DNA of 59,844 nucleotides from Salisapilia sapeloensis CBS 127946 (Eukaryota; Protista; Oomycota): assembly GCA_023334545.1 (NCBI GenBank), contig JAADVB010000101.1, forward strand, positions 1-59,844. The letters run 5' to 3'. A program made the translations under genes and the position numbers. Below the pieces are notes generated by a model. The model was not told the DNA's origin, made no database searches, and was given only the letters and a program-made list of their open reading frames with translations. Every line of letters starts with the position of its first letter. Positions within the stretch are counted from its first letter, which is position 1. Positions 22,242 to 34,075 of the stretch are shown here, piece by piece.

Positions 22242-22509
22242 ATTTTATGGCTGGCACTCCCAAGCTCCAGGTGTTCACCCACTATAAAAAAGATATTTTC
22301 TAAATGCAGTCTGGTCTCATCTTCGAAAGCTTCATTCGCACCCATTACCGTCAGTCAAGGTATTCGTAGAAGACACCGAGTAGATCAACCAAGTACAACT
22401 TCCTTTATACAAGTAGAAATATACATGCTGTACAAAGTAGTCATTTCCATGTACGAATCAGACATTTCTTATTCTGCAACTTCAAATACGATTTTGTCAC
22501 CTGCACAAA

Positions 22510-25179
22510 ATGGACGTCGAGGCGCTACCTCTCTCGCGCGGCTCTGCGGTGGATTTACCACAGCTCCGAAGGCAGTCTGCATTCGTTCCACCCCATCAGT
22601 CGACTTCGGCAACGTCCTTGTCCCATCGAAATCGCCGTTCACTCGATCATGACCTCTTCGTCCGACGCGTGAGCAGCTACCAGAATGCTTCTCAACCTCT
22701 GTACGCATACTCGGATAGAAGTAGATCTTATGATACCGAAGGTGGGCCACAACTACCTGCTCAGTGGCCTCTCATCGGAATTGGGAACCAATATGATACC
22801 TCCGACGATAGGACGTACCACATGAAGAAGTCGTATAGAGAATATGCCTCCGATGCAGTCGTCAACTTGACCTCTGGTATCGTGGCCTTCTTACTTTCAT
22901 CCACGTTGGCAGTGTCCTGTGCTAGTGTCCTCGTGGGCCACACGGCGCCACTCTCCGACTACATTTCTCACTTCATTGACATCAATCTACTCGGCACTGC
23001 TGTGCTATGCGTCGTGCTGGCATGGCAGAGCTGTGCTCCATGGACACTTGGTGCCATTGACGTCTTCGTAGTCCCAATAATGGCTCAGATGGGTGTCAAA
23101 ATTACGAAAGCGTTAGATGGAGACATGAATCTAGTAGTACCAACGACGATCGTGATGGTAGCGTTCACTTCTTGTCTCCTAGGCTTCATCTTTTTCACCA
23201 TGGGCTTCTTACGCGTCACGTCAATCGCAAACTACATGCCGTACCCTGTAATCGCTGGGTTTCTATCTGGCATCGGTGTCGAACTCATCAAGAACGGACT
23301 CCACATGGCTTCTTCCAAAGCCTTTACGTTGGAAATCTTTACTCTCCACGAGTTCTCACTGCTCTTCCCAGCCATCGCCTTTGCCTCCTTCGCTCGAGTC
23401 GGTCGATACTTTCACGTTCCTGTCGCGTTCTCCTTCCCGTGTCTTTTAGTCCTCTCGCTCGCATCTTTCCATGTCGTTGCAGCTATTGGAGGCTACTCCC
23501 TGTCAGATCTACATGACGCTAGATGGATATTCAAATGGTCCCCACAAGTCATTCAAGAGACACCACTATGGTTCGCCTGGCTGCATGTTGATTTCTCCAA
23601 AGTCCAATGGAGCGTCCTGACGGATGAATGCTCTGGCTACATCGTCTCTCTAATTCTACTCGGTGCACTTAAGTACAGCGTTGCTACGACCTCTCTGTCC
23701 ACTCTTTTTGGACGAGAGATCTCTCCAGATCATGAGATGCGAGTCATCGGTCTCGCGAACATGGCCAGCGGTCTTCTTGGATGCTGTGGCGGTTGTCATT
23801 ACCTCTCTGCAATGGGCATCATGCAGCAGTTTGAAGCTCATGAACGCATGCCAGCACTCGTATGTGCTGCTTTACAGGTCTTGCTGTGGAGCCAAGGCAT
23901 CAAGACGTTAGAATACGTTCCAAAGTTTGTGTTTGGAGGACTCATCCTCAGCGTTGGTGTCCACTTTCTCGAAGCTTACTTTGTCACGCCCTTCCGCTTT
24001 CTAAAGAAATTCGAGCGGGGCATTGTTGTCCTCATCACCGTCAGTTTCCTTATTGTCGGCATGCTCGAAAGCGTTGCATTAGGCATCCTCATCTCCATGA
24101 TGGAGCTCATCTATCGTATTCACGACGTCGGTTGCGTTCATCATGAAAGCACTGGAGCTCTTGCACGTAGTGCTGTCGATCGAACACAGGAGCAGATCGA
24201 GTTCTTGGATGCGAATGGCAGTGCCATCTTCCTCCTGAGATTGCAAGGATACCTCTTCTTCGGTACTTCTGTAAGTCTACTGGAACGAGTGGAAACGAGA
24301 GTACAAAGTCTCAACTTTCCTAAGCTCCAGTACCTCATCATAGACTTTGGTCTCGTCCCGAGTTTCGATGCGACCGCTCTCCTTCACTTTCGTAAAGTCG
24401 GTACCATCGCCGACCTATACGTCTTTGACGTGTACTTTTGTGGTCTGAATGACCGACTGACAGGAGCTTTGAATCGCAATCAGTACTCTTCTCGCGTCCA
24501 CTTTTTACGTCGTAACGTCGATGAAGCACTGGAAGTATGTGAAAACCTCTTGTTACCGGATGATCTTGTCTACCACTCGATCGGAAGTATCGATGAGTGG
24601 GAACGTCGTAGTCCGTTGGAGTTGTGGGAACATTTCCTACATCTTCAGCAGAAACAAAGTAAGAAGCTCTTGCCACTAGCAGCGCACTTGACTGTCCAAG
24701 TCGTTCGAGATGGGATGTTACTGGCAGACTCGAGCTACTTGCGTGATACGTTCTTTATCTGCTTTGGAGATCTGAACGTCCTTGTCGATTCGGAGTTTTC
24801 AGGAGGGAATATACCAGGCATATTGTCTGAGACGAATGAAGAGGAGCCCATGTCCATCATCTCTCGAGCTGGAAGAGCCTTGTCGGTGTCCATTAAGGAC
24901 GAACGACAATGGACACCGTTCTCCACGGAACCTACACGCGTGCGAAAGATTGGTCCTGGCTCCATCGTCACACCAGGCGTCACAACGGAACGAGTCAAGT
25001 ACGTCGCAACGTCGGACTGCCTCCTCTTACGTCTCACAGCTCAAGCCATGGACGAGTTAGAAGGCAAAGCTCCACAGACAGCTATGGCTGTGCTCAAACT
25101 CGTTCATTCTCAACTCTCTTCCCACTTTCTACATGCGAACAAACGCGTCTCGGACCTCTCTTCTCTTCTCTACAAGTAG
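22510..25179 (+). CDS. SulP/SLC26 anion (sulfate) transporter with STAS and degenerate cNMP-binding domains
   Basis: Multiple TM helices; NYMPYPVIAGFLSGIG; EMRVIGLANMASG; STAS IFLLRLQGYLFFGTS..YLIIDFGLVPSFDATA; C-terminal RVRKIGPGSIV..YVATSDCLLLRLT. Confidence 0.92.
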   Translation: MDVEALPLSRGSAVDLPQLRRQSAFVPPHQSTSATSLSHRNRRSLDHDLFVRRVSSYQNASQPLYAYSDRSRSYDTEGGPQLPAQWPLIGIGNQYDTSDDRTYHMKKSYREYASDAVVNLTSGIVAFLLSSTLAVSCASVLVGHTAPLSDYISHFIDINLLGTAVLCVVLAWQSCAPWTLGAIDVFVVPIMAQMGVKITKALDGDMNLVVPTTIVMVAFTSCLLGFIFFTMGFLRVTSIANYMPYPVIAGFLSGIGVELIKNGLHMASSKAFTLEIFTLHEFSLLFPAIAFASFARVGRYFHVPVAFSFPCLLVLSLASFHVVAAIGGYSLSDLHDARWIFKWSPQVIQETPLWFAWLHVDFSKVQWSVLTDECSGYIVSLILLGALKYSVATTSLSTLFGREISPDHEMRVIGLANMASGLLGCCGGCHYLSAMGIMQQFEAHERMPALVCAALQVLLWSQGIKTLEYVPKFVFGGLILSVGVHFLEAYFVTPFRFLKKFERGIVVLITVSFLIVGMLESVALGILISMMELIYRIHDVGCVHHESTGALARSAVDRTQEQIEFLDANGSAIFLLRLQGYLFFGTSVSLLERVETRVQSLNFPKLQYLIIDFGLVPSFDATALLHFRKVGTIADLYVFDVYFCGLNDRLTGALNRNQYSSRVHFLRRNVDEALEVCENLLLPDDLVYHSIGSIDEWERRSPLELWEHFLHLQQKQSKKLLPLAAHLTVQVVRDGMLLADSSYLRDTFFICFGDLNVLVDSEFSGGNIPGILSETNEEEPMSIISRAGRALSVSIKDERQWTPFSTEPTRVRKIGPGSIVTPGVTTERVKYVATSDCLLLRLTAQAMDELEGKAPQTAMAVLKLVHSQLSSHFLHANKRVSDLSSLLYK

Positions 25180-25311
25180 CAAGTAAAAGTGCAAGGAAAA
25201 ACATGTTTTGTCGAACAATGGGGCCACGTCCTATCCGTCTACTACGAGAGAGATTTCCAACGTACGTGGGCCCAGCCTACACTACCTATCTTTCCTCCTT
25301 CTATAAGCATA

Positions 25312-26653
25312 TTAGCATTCGTCCAAGAACTGCTTGGCCCAGACGCTAATATCCTTTTGACCAAGCAGGAAACCATCATGTCCATGCGGAGACGAAATGA
25401 CTTCGAGACGAGCATTTGGCATGCCTGCAGCAAGCTCCTTTTGCTCTGTGACAGGGTACAACAGGTCAGAGTCGACGCCGATGATCAGTGCTGGTTGTCG
25501 AACGGACGCCAAGGCCGCTTGGATGCCACCACGACCTCGACCGACATCATGAGTGTCCATCAAATGGGTCAACGTAAGGAACGAATTGGCGTCGAAACGA
25601 GAGAGGAACTTTTTCCCTTGATAATCCAAGTAGGATTGTACCACGAAGCGAGAGGTAGGTGTGAGTTCATGTGAGACGCTTCCATCTGATTCTTCCACTT
25701 CTTGTCGACCAAACTTTTCGGCATACGCTGCATGAGTACGATACGACATCATGGCGATCTGTCTTGCAAGTCCCAAGCCATGGGCTGGAGGTGATTTAGG
25801 GTCGTAAAGTCCATTGTGGAAACCAGGATCCATATATATCGCTTGACGCTGTAGTTCACTCATGCCGATCTGCCATGCCGAGTGATGGGAGCCACATGCA
25901 ATGGCAACGAACGTATCGACAAAGTCGCCGTCGTCTAGAAAAGCCCATTCCAACGTCTGCATGCCACCCAAGGAACCTCCCATGACTGATTTTACCTAGA
26001 GAAGAAGATGAGTATGCAGTCATGGGTGTATTGAAAAAGAAGGAGATTACCTTTTGGATACCGAGGTCATCTTGCAGCACCTTTTGCTGGAGTCGAACGG
26101 CATCTCGCATTGTGATGCGAGGAAAGGTAGGGCCATAGGGTTTGTTTGTCTTGGGGTCGATGGAAGCTGGGCCGGTGGTGCCGTAGCAAGAGCCAAGGAC
26201 GTTCATACAGATCATGCAATGGTCATCCGTCCAGATAGGATCGACCATTGAGTCCCACCATTGATGCACCATGGTATGACCCGTGAGGGCATGACACAGG
26301 ACGATGGCATTGTCCTTGTTCGCATTCAGCTGGCCGTATGTGGAGTACTCTACTTGTATATTCTCCAGGACTTGCCCGCTTTCAAGCTGAAATGGCTCGG
26401 AGAGCTTATATGTGTGTGGTGTGAATGCTGGATGCGCAGCATCATTGTATTCGTCCTCGATGTACGCAGGCGATGCGCTGACTTCATCACTGCCATTTTC
26501 CCTCGCTGTAGTGCTAAAAGCGTTGCAACATACATCATGATGAGGGGACCGATGCTGCAATGCTACTTGTGAAGTTGCACCCTTGGCGCTCCATCGAGAG
26601 CTACGCAATCGTAGGCTCGCGACAGGTACTCGTCCTACTCGTCGAAGCAGCAT
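25312..26653 (-). CDS. MET2: Homoserine O-acetyltransferase (MetX/Met2 family) with a mitochondrial-type presequence; 2 exons
   Basis: CHALTG, NVLGSCYGTTGP, GGSLGGMQ (catalytic Ser), RFDANS, VDSDLLYP, HGHDGFL. 55-nt intron 25996-26050 restores QKVKSVMGGSLGG. N-terminus is Arg/Ser-rich with no acidic residues. Confidence 0.9.
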
Positions 26654-26684
26654 TTTGACCAGTGGTGTCTTTCGTCCCTAAACG

Positions 26685-26726
26685 AGTTGCATTTCGAAAT
26701 AAAAGTTTTTTTCATGAAATGCAACT
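26685..26726. repeat. 11-bp perfect inverted repeat in the MET2/ETFB divergent promoter
   Basis: AGTTGCATTTC (26685-26695) and GAAATGCAACT (26716-26726), with a 20-nt AT-rich spacer. Confidence 0.7.
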
Positions 26727-26915
26727 TGTCCACGTCTTTTTCACGTTCAAGCAAGATTGTAGCCAATTACAAACCTTTTAATTTTAATTTTTAACCAATG
26801 AGCAGACCAAAGTCACGTGCTTACCTCGAGATCTCCGCCTCATAAAGCAGATCGTGCGGGTACCTTGCGTCGAGGTCATCATTTTCTCAATTGACTCCTT
26901 ATAAAGCAAGACAGA

Positions 26916-27671
26916 ATGAAAGTGCTTGTGCCTGTGAAACGTGTCGTCGACTATGCTGTCAAAGTGCGCGTCCAACCGGAAGGTGTGGACTTGAAGAATG
27001 TCAAAATGAGCATGAATCCGTTCTGTGAAATCGCCGTCGAGGAAGCCATTCGACTCAAGGAAAAGAAACACGCGTCCGAAGTCATTGCCGTCTCCATCGG
27101 CCCCAAGCAAAGTCAGGAGACCGTCCGCACGGCGCTTGCCATGGGCGCGGACCGCGGCATCCACCTCCAAACGGATATGCGCACGGATCAGGAGCTGCAG
27201 CCTCTAGCTGTCGCGAAGCTGCTAAAGGAAGTCGTTGCAAAGGAATCCCCGGACCTCGTCATCTGCGGAAAGCAGTCTATCGATGCCGACGCTGCCCAGA
27301 CCGGCCCTATGCTTGCCGGCCTTCTCGACTGGAGTCAAGCCACGTTTGCGTCTGACGTGGTGGTCGAGGGCGAGAAGCTGTCCGTCACACGCGAGACGGA
27401 TGCTGGTATTGAGACCCTCAGCCTTGGTCTCCCTGCCGTCGTCACGGCTGACCTTCGTCTGAACGAGCCTCGTTACGCCACGTTGCCGAACATCATGAAG
27501 GCGAAGAAGAAGAAGATTGACAGCATGGAAGCCGAGAGCTTGGGCGTCGATCTGTCTCCTCGTATCCAGACGATCAACGTGTCCGACCCGCCTTCGCGCC
27601 AGGCAGGTGTCAAGGTCGCGGACGTTGCGGAGCTTGTGGACAAATTGAAGAACGAGGCATCTGTCATCTAA
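26916..27671 (+). CDS. ETFB: Electron transfer flavoprotein subunit beta
   Basis: [66 protein letters not shown]-like TCATTTTCTCAATT at 26879. Confidence 0.97.
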   Translation: MKVLVPVKRVVDYAVKVRVQPEGVDLKNVKMSMNPFCEIAVEEAIRLKEKKHASEVIAVSIGPKQSQETVRTALAMGADRGIHLQTDMRTDQELQPLAVAKLLKEVVAKESPDLVICGKQSIDADAAQTGPMLAGLLDWSQATFASDVVVEGEKLSVTRETDAGIETLSLGLPAVVTADLRLNEPRYATLPNIMKAKKKKIDSMEAESLGVDLSPRIQTINVSDPPSRQAGVKVADVAELVDKLKNEASVI

Positions 27672-27704
27672 ACGTGAACGAAACGAGATTTCCAATGGAA
27701 CGCT

Positions 27705-28201
27705 TTATTCGATTCCGTGTGTCTGCTTTAAACTTTGTAGTTCTTGTCGCTGTTTCTCTAAAGCATCGGCATTGGAAGTAGCTTTTCGTCCTTGCATCTT
27801 GTTTGCTTGGTAGTATAGAACAATGAGGTAACGACCGCCGACGTTAAAACCTGAGAGATGGTCGACAGCGTTTTTCGCATCGTAAATGTCTTCGTACACG
27901 ACGAAAGCTGTGCCGCGCGTATCGTTGTTCACGCCTAGTCGGATCTGTCGAATGGCTCCATATTTGCCAAATATGTCGTACATTTCCTCGGAAGAGATCT
28001 TGAATGGCAAATTGCGGACGTACAAGGCACGATTGACCTCTGGCGGTAGGCGAGCCTATTTGTATTGACATTATAAGACGTATAATTCGTATAGAGGGTA
28101 TATAGTATAAACAGAATGTATAAAAGGACATGAATGAGACACACAATGGAGATAGAGGTAGTCTAGACACGTACATTTCCACGTCTTCCTTGCATCGCCA
28201 T
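27705..28201 (-). CDS. SF3B6: Splicing factor 3B subunit 6 (SF3b14/p14, RRM); 2 exons
   Basis: Exon 1 28201-28175 (MAMQGRRGN), 119-nt intron 28056-28174, then [53 protein letters not shown]. Confidence 0.95.
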
Positions 28202-29695
28202 TCTTCACACGCTTGGTCTTGTTTCCAGTTTCGTGTGACTAAATGCGAGGCGTATTTAGTATAGAATCAGCTGAAGAGCAAATTACTTCAGTAAAATTTA
28301 GCATCAGCATTAGCTTTTGGTCCATGCAGAGCACCGAGTTGGTAGCACTCACGAAAGAAGCGATGGCCTGACATTTTGATCCATGGAAAAGTTATAGAGG
28401 TGATTCGATTGTTTTCTTATATTCGACCAGGCTTATATCCAAGCGTTTTACAAGTTTGCACATACTCGTTGTCAGGTCTTTTGAACCAATTCCAGCCATC
28501 GCTATGGTAAAGACGAGGGATGGACCATCACCGCAAAGAGTCGAGTAGACGACAGTGTTTGAAACAGATTTAGGCAGAGCGAATGCGAAAACAAGCGAGG
28601 AACGAGATAAATTGCATGCCACTGAAAATACACTAGACGCCGCCCAGACTTACTAATTTATGCTGGTCGACAGCGTCTGTATGCTAGCGCGCTTTGCTTA
28701 ATTTTCCGTTTATCTTTTATCACGGGACTAGCACAAGCGCATACGTGCTCATTGTGTCCAATGTGAGTTTCCCCATCTGTGTACGTTGGCCATCATCATC
28801 ATTGCAAGCTGGAAATTGCTGCTGTACTGTGCAAATTTCCGCAGTTTACGAGTCCTTGCTACGCAATATGCTGACGCAGAGTACGACAAGTTTAGCAAGA
28901 ATGTGGTTGTGATACAGACATGTCCGCTGTCAAGGTAGTCGGTTTCGAGCGCTGCTTCCACGCAAGCTCGGATGTAAAAAGCGAAAGTAATACCACTCGT
29001 CCAGTTCTCTTCACACAACTGCTAGACTGTATAGAAACGCCATGCATGGAAGCAAAGTAAATCCACCCGAAAATAACTCCGCCATCATTCTTCATCGGAG
29101 CTGCTGAGCATGCCAAAATATAAAACCCACGGATCGTACCGATCTTAGAAATTGTCGCTGGCAAGAGTTTTTTCGTGCTAGCCAAAGGACGCACGTGGGC
29201 AGAAACGCCAACGGAAAGGTAGAAGAGTCGAAAAGAAAGGGACAAAATGCGAAACGAGGATGTAGAAAGTGGCGAAAGCATACGTTTTATATACCTTCCA
29301 TTCGACCTTGGAACAAGTACCCTTTTGAGTCGTCGCCAGGTTCGACCCTCGCTTACCGTTGCCCAGTCGCACTCGTGCATAGTTGCTGCCGTGTGAACGA
29401 CGGTTCAAGGTATTCCACCAAAAGACTAGCTGGCGTAGAGAACAGCAGCTTTGCAAAGCAGTAAGTCATGCATAGCACCGAGCGTGCGTGTATGCGTGTA
29501 TGCGACACTAACTCTCTACATTCCCGTCCTAGGCACGCTTGTGTTCCATCTCGCCTCTCGCTCCGGTCACTATCGATCGGGAATTTACATTCGGCCCGAG
29601 TCAATTTTTTCCGTTGCCAATTTGCTTGCGAAGCAAAGTAGTGGGTGAAATCAGTCATTTCCGTTAATTCATCCAATCGCAATCGACGCGTCCCC

Positions 29696-29751
29696 TATAA
29701 AAAGGACATTTTGCACAGCCCGCCTCCAAGTCGGTTCATTTCTCCTTTTGC
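29696..29751 (+). promoter_or_regulatory. TATA-like element plus INR+FPR of the AN1 zinc-finger gene
   Basis: TATAAAAAGGACATTTT at 29696 and TTCATTTCTCCTTTTGC at about 29735. Confidence 0.6.
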
Positions 29752-29799
29752 ACGCCTGAGCGCAGTCTCTCTCGTCCGATTCTTCTGGCACTCTTGACC

Positions 29800-30237
29800 A
29801 TGGCACCCAAGACGACATCCACCGTGTACAACGAGGCTCCGGCCGAAAGTCAGGCGACCCCGGTTGTACCTGCCACAGATGCTAAAGTCGAGCAGGAAGA
29901 GATTACACCAGAGAAGGCCGAGGTAGAGAAACTGACTGCGTCCGAGAAGACGACGACGGTCGAGCCTGCGCTAGTAGAACGACGGAAACCGTCGCTTAAG
30001 CGGGCGCTGCCAGAAGAAGACCAGCTACCAGTGCAGAAAAACCGACGACGGTGCTGGGAATGCCGCGCGAAAGTCGCACTCGCAGCCGTCACGTGCCGCT
30101 GCGGGTACACGTTTTGCAATCGCCATCGGTATGCCGAAGAGCACAAGTGCTCATTTAACTTCAAATCGGCCGGCAAGCGCCAGCTCGCGGACGAAAACCC
30201 GCCCGTCGTCCCCGCCAAGGTCGCGCGCATCAACTAG
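29800..30237 (+). CDS. AN1-type zinc-finger protein (ZFAND/SAP-like, no A20 domain)
   Basis: RRRCWECRAKVAL..TCRCGYTFCNRHRYAEEHKCSFNFK..LADENPPVVPAKV. First ATG 29800. Confidence 0.92.
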   Translation: MAPKTTSTVYNEAPAESQATPVVPATDAKVEQEEITPEKAEVEKLTASEKTTTVEPALVERRKPSLKRALPEEDQLPVQKNRRRCWECRAKVALAAVTCRCGYTFCNRHRYAEEHKCSFNFKSAGKRQLADENPPVVPAKVARIN

Positions 30238-30337
30238 AAATTCGTTTCTCTTTCTCCTTTCCATGAAGACAATCGTCTCTCCGTATAAATATAAGTAGGT
30301 TTGTTTGATTAGCAGCACTCGATCTTGTATTTGGTTT

Positions 30338-31157
30338 TTAAAAGGGAAGGTTCATGGACTTGGTCATGTTGCTCCACCAGCTCTTCTTGGGCGGAGGACT
30401 CGGCTCGGCTTCATCTTCCGACGACGAGCTAGACGAGCTCGATGAGCTGGACGAACTGCTTTCGATATCCTCCCGTCCTTCCATATCGACTTGCGTCGCA
30501 CCGTCCCACGCGAGGAACTCACGCACCATGTCTGGCATCTCGGTCGGAATCGCGTCCGCACCTTCGACAGCTTGCCCGTCCTCTAGTTCCAAGTAGAGCT
30601 GCTTTCCAGAAATACGCTCACCACGCTCAGTCACGACGGCACGGCAAAGTCCTTCGGCAAAGATTTTCCCGGTCGTCGGGCATTGGAAATGATGGAGAAA
30701 GTAGATGTACTCTTCATCCCAGTACAAAATCCGCGTCTGGATCTCGTACGGACGGAATGGACGTACAGGGTATCGGTACCGAATGGATTGCTAGGCAGAT
30801 AAATTAGGTTGTATCAGGATAAAGATCTAGTAGACACAGTACCGATCGAACGTGGAACATGCGTCGCTTCTTGAGTGCTTTCCACAGCACACCCGAAGCT
30901 CTATAGATTACATGAGTATCCTATCGTTACCGGAAGTAGATTAACAGTACGTACGCAGCATAATGCCAACGAGCTAGCTCCATGCTCGAGAGATACGCGG
31001 CATTGTTCAGGTGGAGATTGACATCGCAGTCTAGAAACCCAGGACGTCCTTTCCAGACCGCGGGATAGCTCAACGCCATCCCGGGCTTCATCTTGGTTTT
31101 ATTCAGTGCCCGGTAGACACTTCCGGACGCGACATTCCACAAGGGACGGAGGACCAT
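30338..31157 (-). CDS. Hot-dog-fold thioesterase-like protein (THEM6-like); 3 exons
   Basis: DCDVNLHLNNAAYLSSMELARW. Introns 30901-30954 (54 nt) and 30791-30842 (52 nt) restore QSIRYRYPVRPFRPYEIQTRILYWDEE. Confidence 0.85.
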
Positions 31158-31237
31158 GATATCTGAATGAGATTAAGATGTGCTTGACGAACAAACAACG
31201 CCACTTTTTTCAATCTTGAAAAGTATTTATTGTATCT

Positions 31238-33976
31238 CTACTCTTCAAATGCAACCTTGTACACGTCGTCATAGTAATCGGCAAAGTGGACTTCCAGGTC
31301 TTCCCTCAAGTACTCTTCTAGCTCTTCATAATCATGCCGGTTGTCAATCGGTAGAATCAACGTCCGGACACCCGATCGCTTCGCTGCCATCGTCTTCTCC
31401 TTGATGCCACCCACTGGCAGCACTTTACCTACCAACGACACTTCGCCTGTCATGGCTAGATTCGGTTTCACGTTCCTATTCGCACAGCGTTAGATCCTTG
31501 TCGTACATTCAGATAGTAAAAGCATATACTTGTTCATGGCAAGTGAGAGGAGAGCTGTCACCATGGTGCATCCAGCCGACGGTCCGTCCTTCGGTGTCGC
31601 TCCTTCCGGCACATGTAGATGGATCTCAGACGTGTCAAAGAACTCGTTCTCTGGATCCACCTTGTTCAGCTTGTTGCGTGCATATGTATGTGCGATGCGA
31701 GTGCTTTCTTCCATGACAGAGCCCATCTGACCTGTCGTGACAAGCCCAGCGTTCTCTTTCTTCGTTGCCACTCGCGTCGTTTCAATGTACAGCGCAGAGC
31801 CACCCATGGCTGTCCATGCCAATCCCATGACGACACCTGGCATCAACGACTCGTACATGCGGTCGGACAAGAAAATTGGCTTGCCAACATACTTGTTTAA
31901 CGCCTCGGGTGTGATCTGGAAGTTCGTTTCGCTTGAACTCTGTCCTTGCATCTGCTCATACGACTCCACAACTTCCAACGCCACCTTCCGGAAGATCTTC
32001 TCGACGTGCTTTTCTAGATTTCGAACACCACTCTCGCGACAGTACTGCTTCACGAGCGTCAAGATCGCGTCATCCGTCAAGCCAATGTCTTCTGGCGTCT
32101 TGATCTCTTGCTCCTTATCGCTATGACTTAGTCCAGTCTTCTCCAACGCCTTGGGGACTAGATAGTTCTTTGCAATCTGCAATTTGTCCGGAGCGTCGTA
32201 CCCCGACAGTCGAACGACTTCCATTCGGTCTAACAACGGTCCAGGGATCGTGTCCGTCACATTGGCAGTGCAGACGAAGAGAACCTTGGACAAGTCCACC
32301 GGGACGTCCATGTAATGGTCGACAAAGCCAGAGTTCTGACCTGGATCCAACAGCTCCAACAAGGCAGACGCAGGGTCTCCCTGATGTCCACGACCAAGTT
32401 TATCGATCTCATCAATCAACACGAGAGGATTCTCGCTCTGCGTTGACTTGAGACACTGAATCACCTTTCCAGGCATCGCACCAACGTACGTGCGTCGATG
32501 TCCCTTGATCTCCGCGACATCGCTTAGGCCACCGACAGAGAAGCGGTAGAACTCGCGGTTCAAAGCGCGAGCGATTGACTGCCCAATGCTAGTCTTACCA
32601 ACACCAGGGGGACCGACGAAGCAAATGATCTTGCCTTGGACACTACCCTTGAGCTTCGAGACGGCAATGAACTCCAGAATGCGCTTCTTAATGTCTGCGA
32701 GACCGTAGTGGTCTTCATCTAGGATCTGTCGAGCTTTGGCTAGGTCAAAGTTCTCGTCCGTGGACTGACCCCAAGGCAAGGATGTGAGCCAATCGAGGTA
32801 GTTTCTCGTCACGTTAAACTCGGACGAGTTTTTCTCCAACGTCGACATCTTGTTCAGTTCGTCTTCAATGACTTCCGACACGTTTTGCGGGATACTACCT
32901 TCCTCAAATGCAGCAAGTTTATCTCTGTACTTGGAAATCATCGCGTCTTTATCATCTTTTTCCATCCCCAATTCCTTCTTAATCGCCTTGAGCTGTTCCA
33001 TCAAAAGATAGTTGCGCTGATTCTTACTCACTTTCTCTTCCACTTGTTCCTTGATCACTTGCTGCACTTTGCTTAATTCCATCTCTTTCGTAATGAGTTC
33101 CAATGCCTTTTGCAATCGCGTCTCGCAATTCATATCTTCCATCACTTGCTGTAGCTCATGCGCATCTGCCGTCGTGACGGAAGCTGCAAAGTCGGCGAGT
33201 TTAAATGGGTCGTGGATATCGATGCGTTGACTAAAGTATTGCATGTGCTCTTTGAAGAGCGGATTGAGCTTGACGATTTCACGCAAGGTCGCAACGATTT
33301 CATTCGAGTAAGCTCGAATGGTTTCGTTCTGAGGATCATACTCTTCGTTTTCCAATGGACTGATGTTCACACGTAGTGGGGCAGTCGCATCGTATACGTC
33401 ATCCACGCGAATACGACGTTGAGATACAAGCAGGACTTGCATCGATGTCGAATTAAACGGCAGGACATTGTCAATACGAGCATAACTACCGACGGAATGG
33501 ATATCATCTAAACTAGTAATCAAGTCCTCTTGACTAGCATGATTCGTTTCGCCAGACGTGCCATACAAAGCTTCACTAGCAGCTGATCCGTCTGCATTCT
33601 TCTTCAGGAACACACCAACGTAGCGTTGGCCGCTTTCACGCAGAGATGCCAAGGCCTTGGTGACTTCAGGATTCGTAATCGTCATGGGGAGCACGACACC
33701 AGGGAAGAACGGGCGGCGGTGAGACGGGATTGCAAGCACGTGAGGGTACGTGTGCAAGTCATCTCCTTCAGCACCAAGCGTCGCGACGGCGCTTTCAACG
33801 ACTTCGGCTGAATCTTCGTCGCCGCCGGAAGTAGAGGCCATCCAGCGTTTCGCAAAGGCTGGACGCGTATCCACTGGACGTACGAAATTAGTTTGTCGGT
33901 GCCATGCAAGGGGCGATGCAATACCCCGGACGGAGCGTTGGGCACCCCAACAGCGCTTGAGAGCTGCAGATGCCAT
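31238..33976 (-). CDS. LONP1: Mitochondrial Lon protease; 2 exons
   Basis: Presequence; PFFPG; DHYGL; Walker [10 protein letters not shown]; DEIDK; DGPSAG (catalytic Ser). 54-nt intron 31476-31529, then [16 protein letters not shown] (catalytic Lys). Confidence 0.97.
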
Positions 33977-34075
33977 ACGAAAGCTTAGCTAAAGAATGCT
34001 AAATGAACCAAATGACACACAAGTTTGGACAATTCGAGAATGGGGTTTGGATTACGTGATCACCAGCATTCCATC

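Noticed and set aside
28300-29690. Short ORFs between SF3B6 and the AN1 gene
   Set aside because: No recognisable domain or coherent exon chain; most likely divergent promoter DNA with or without decayed sequence.
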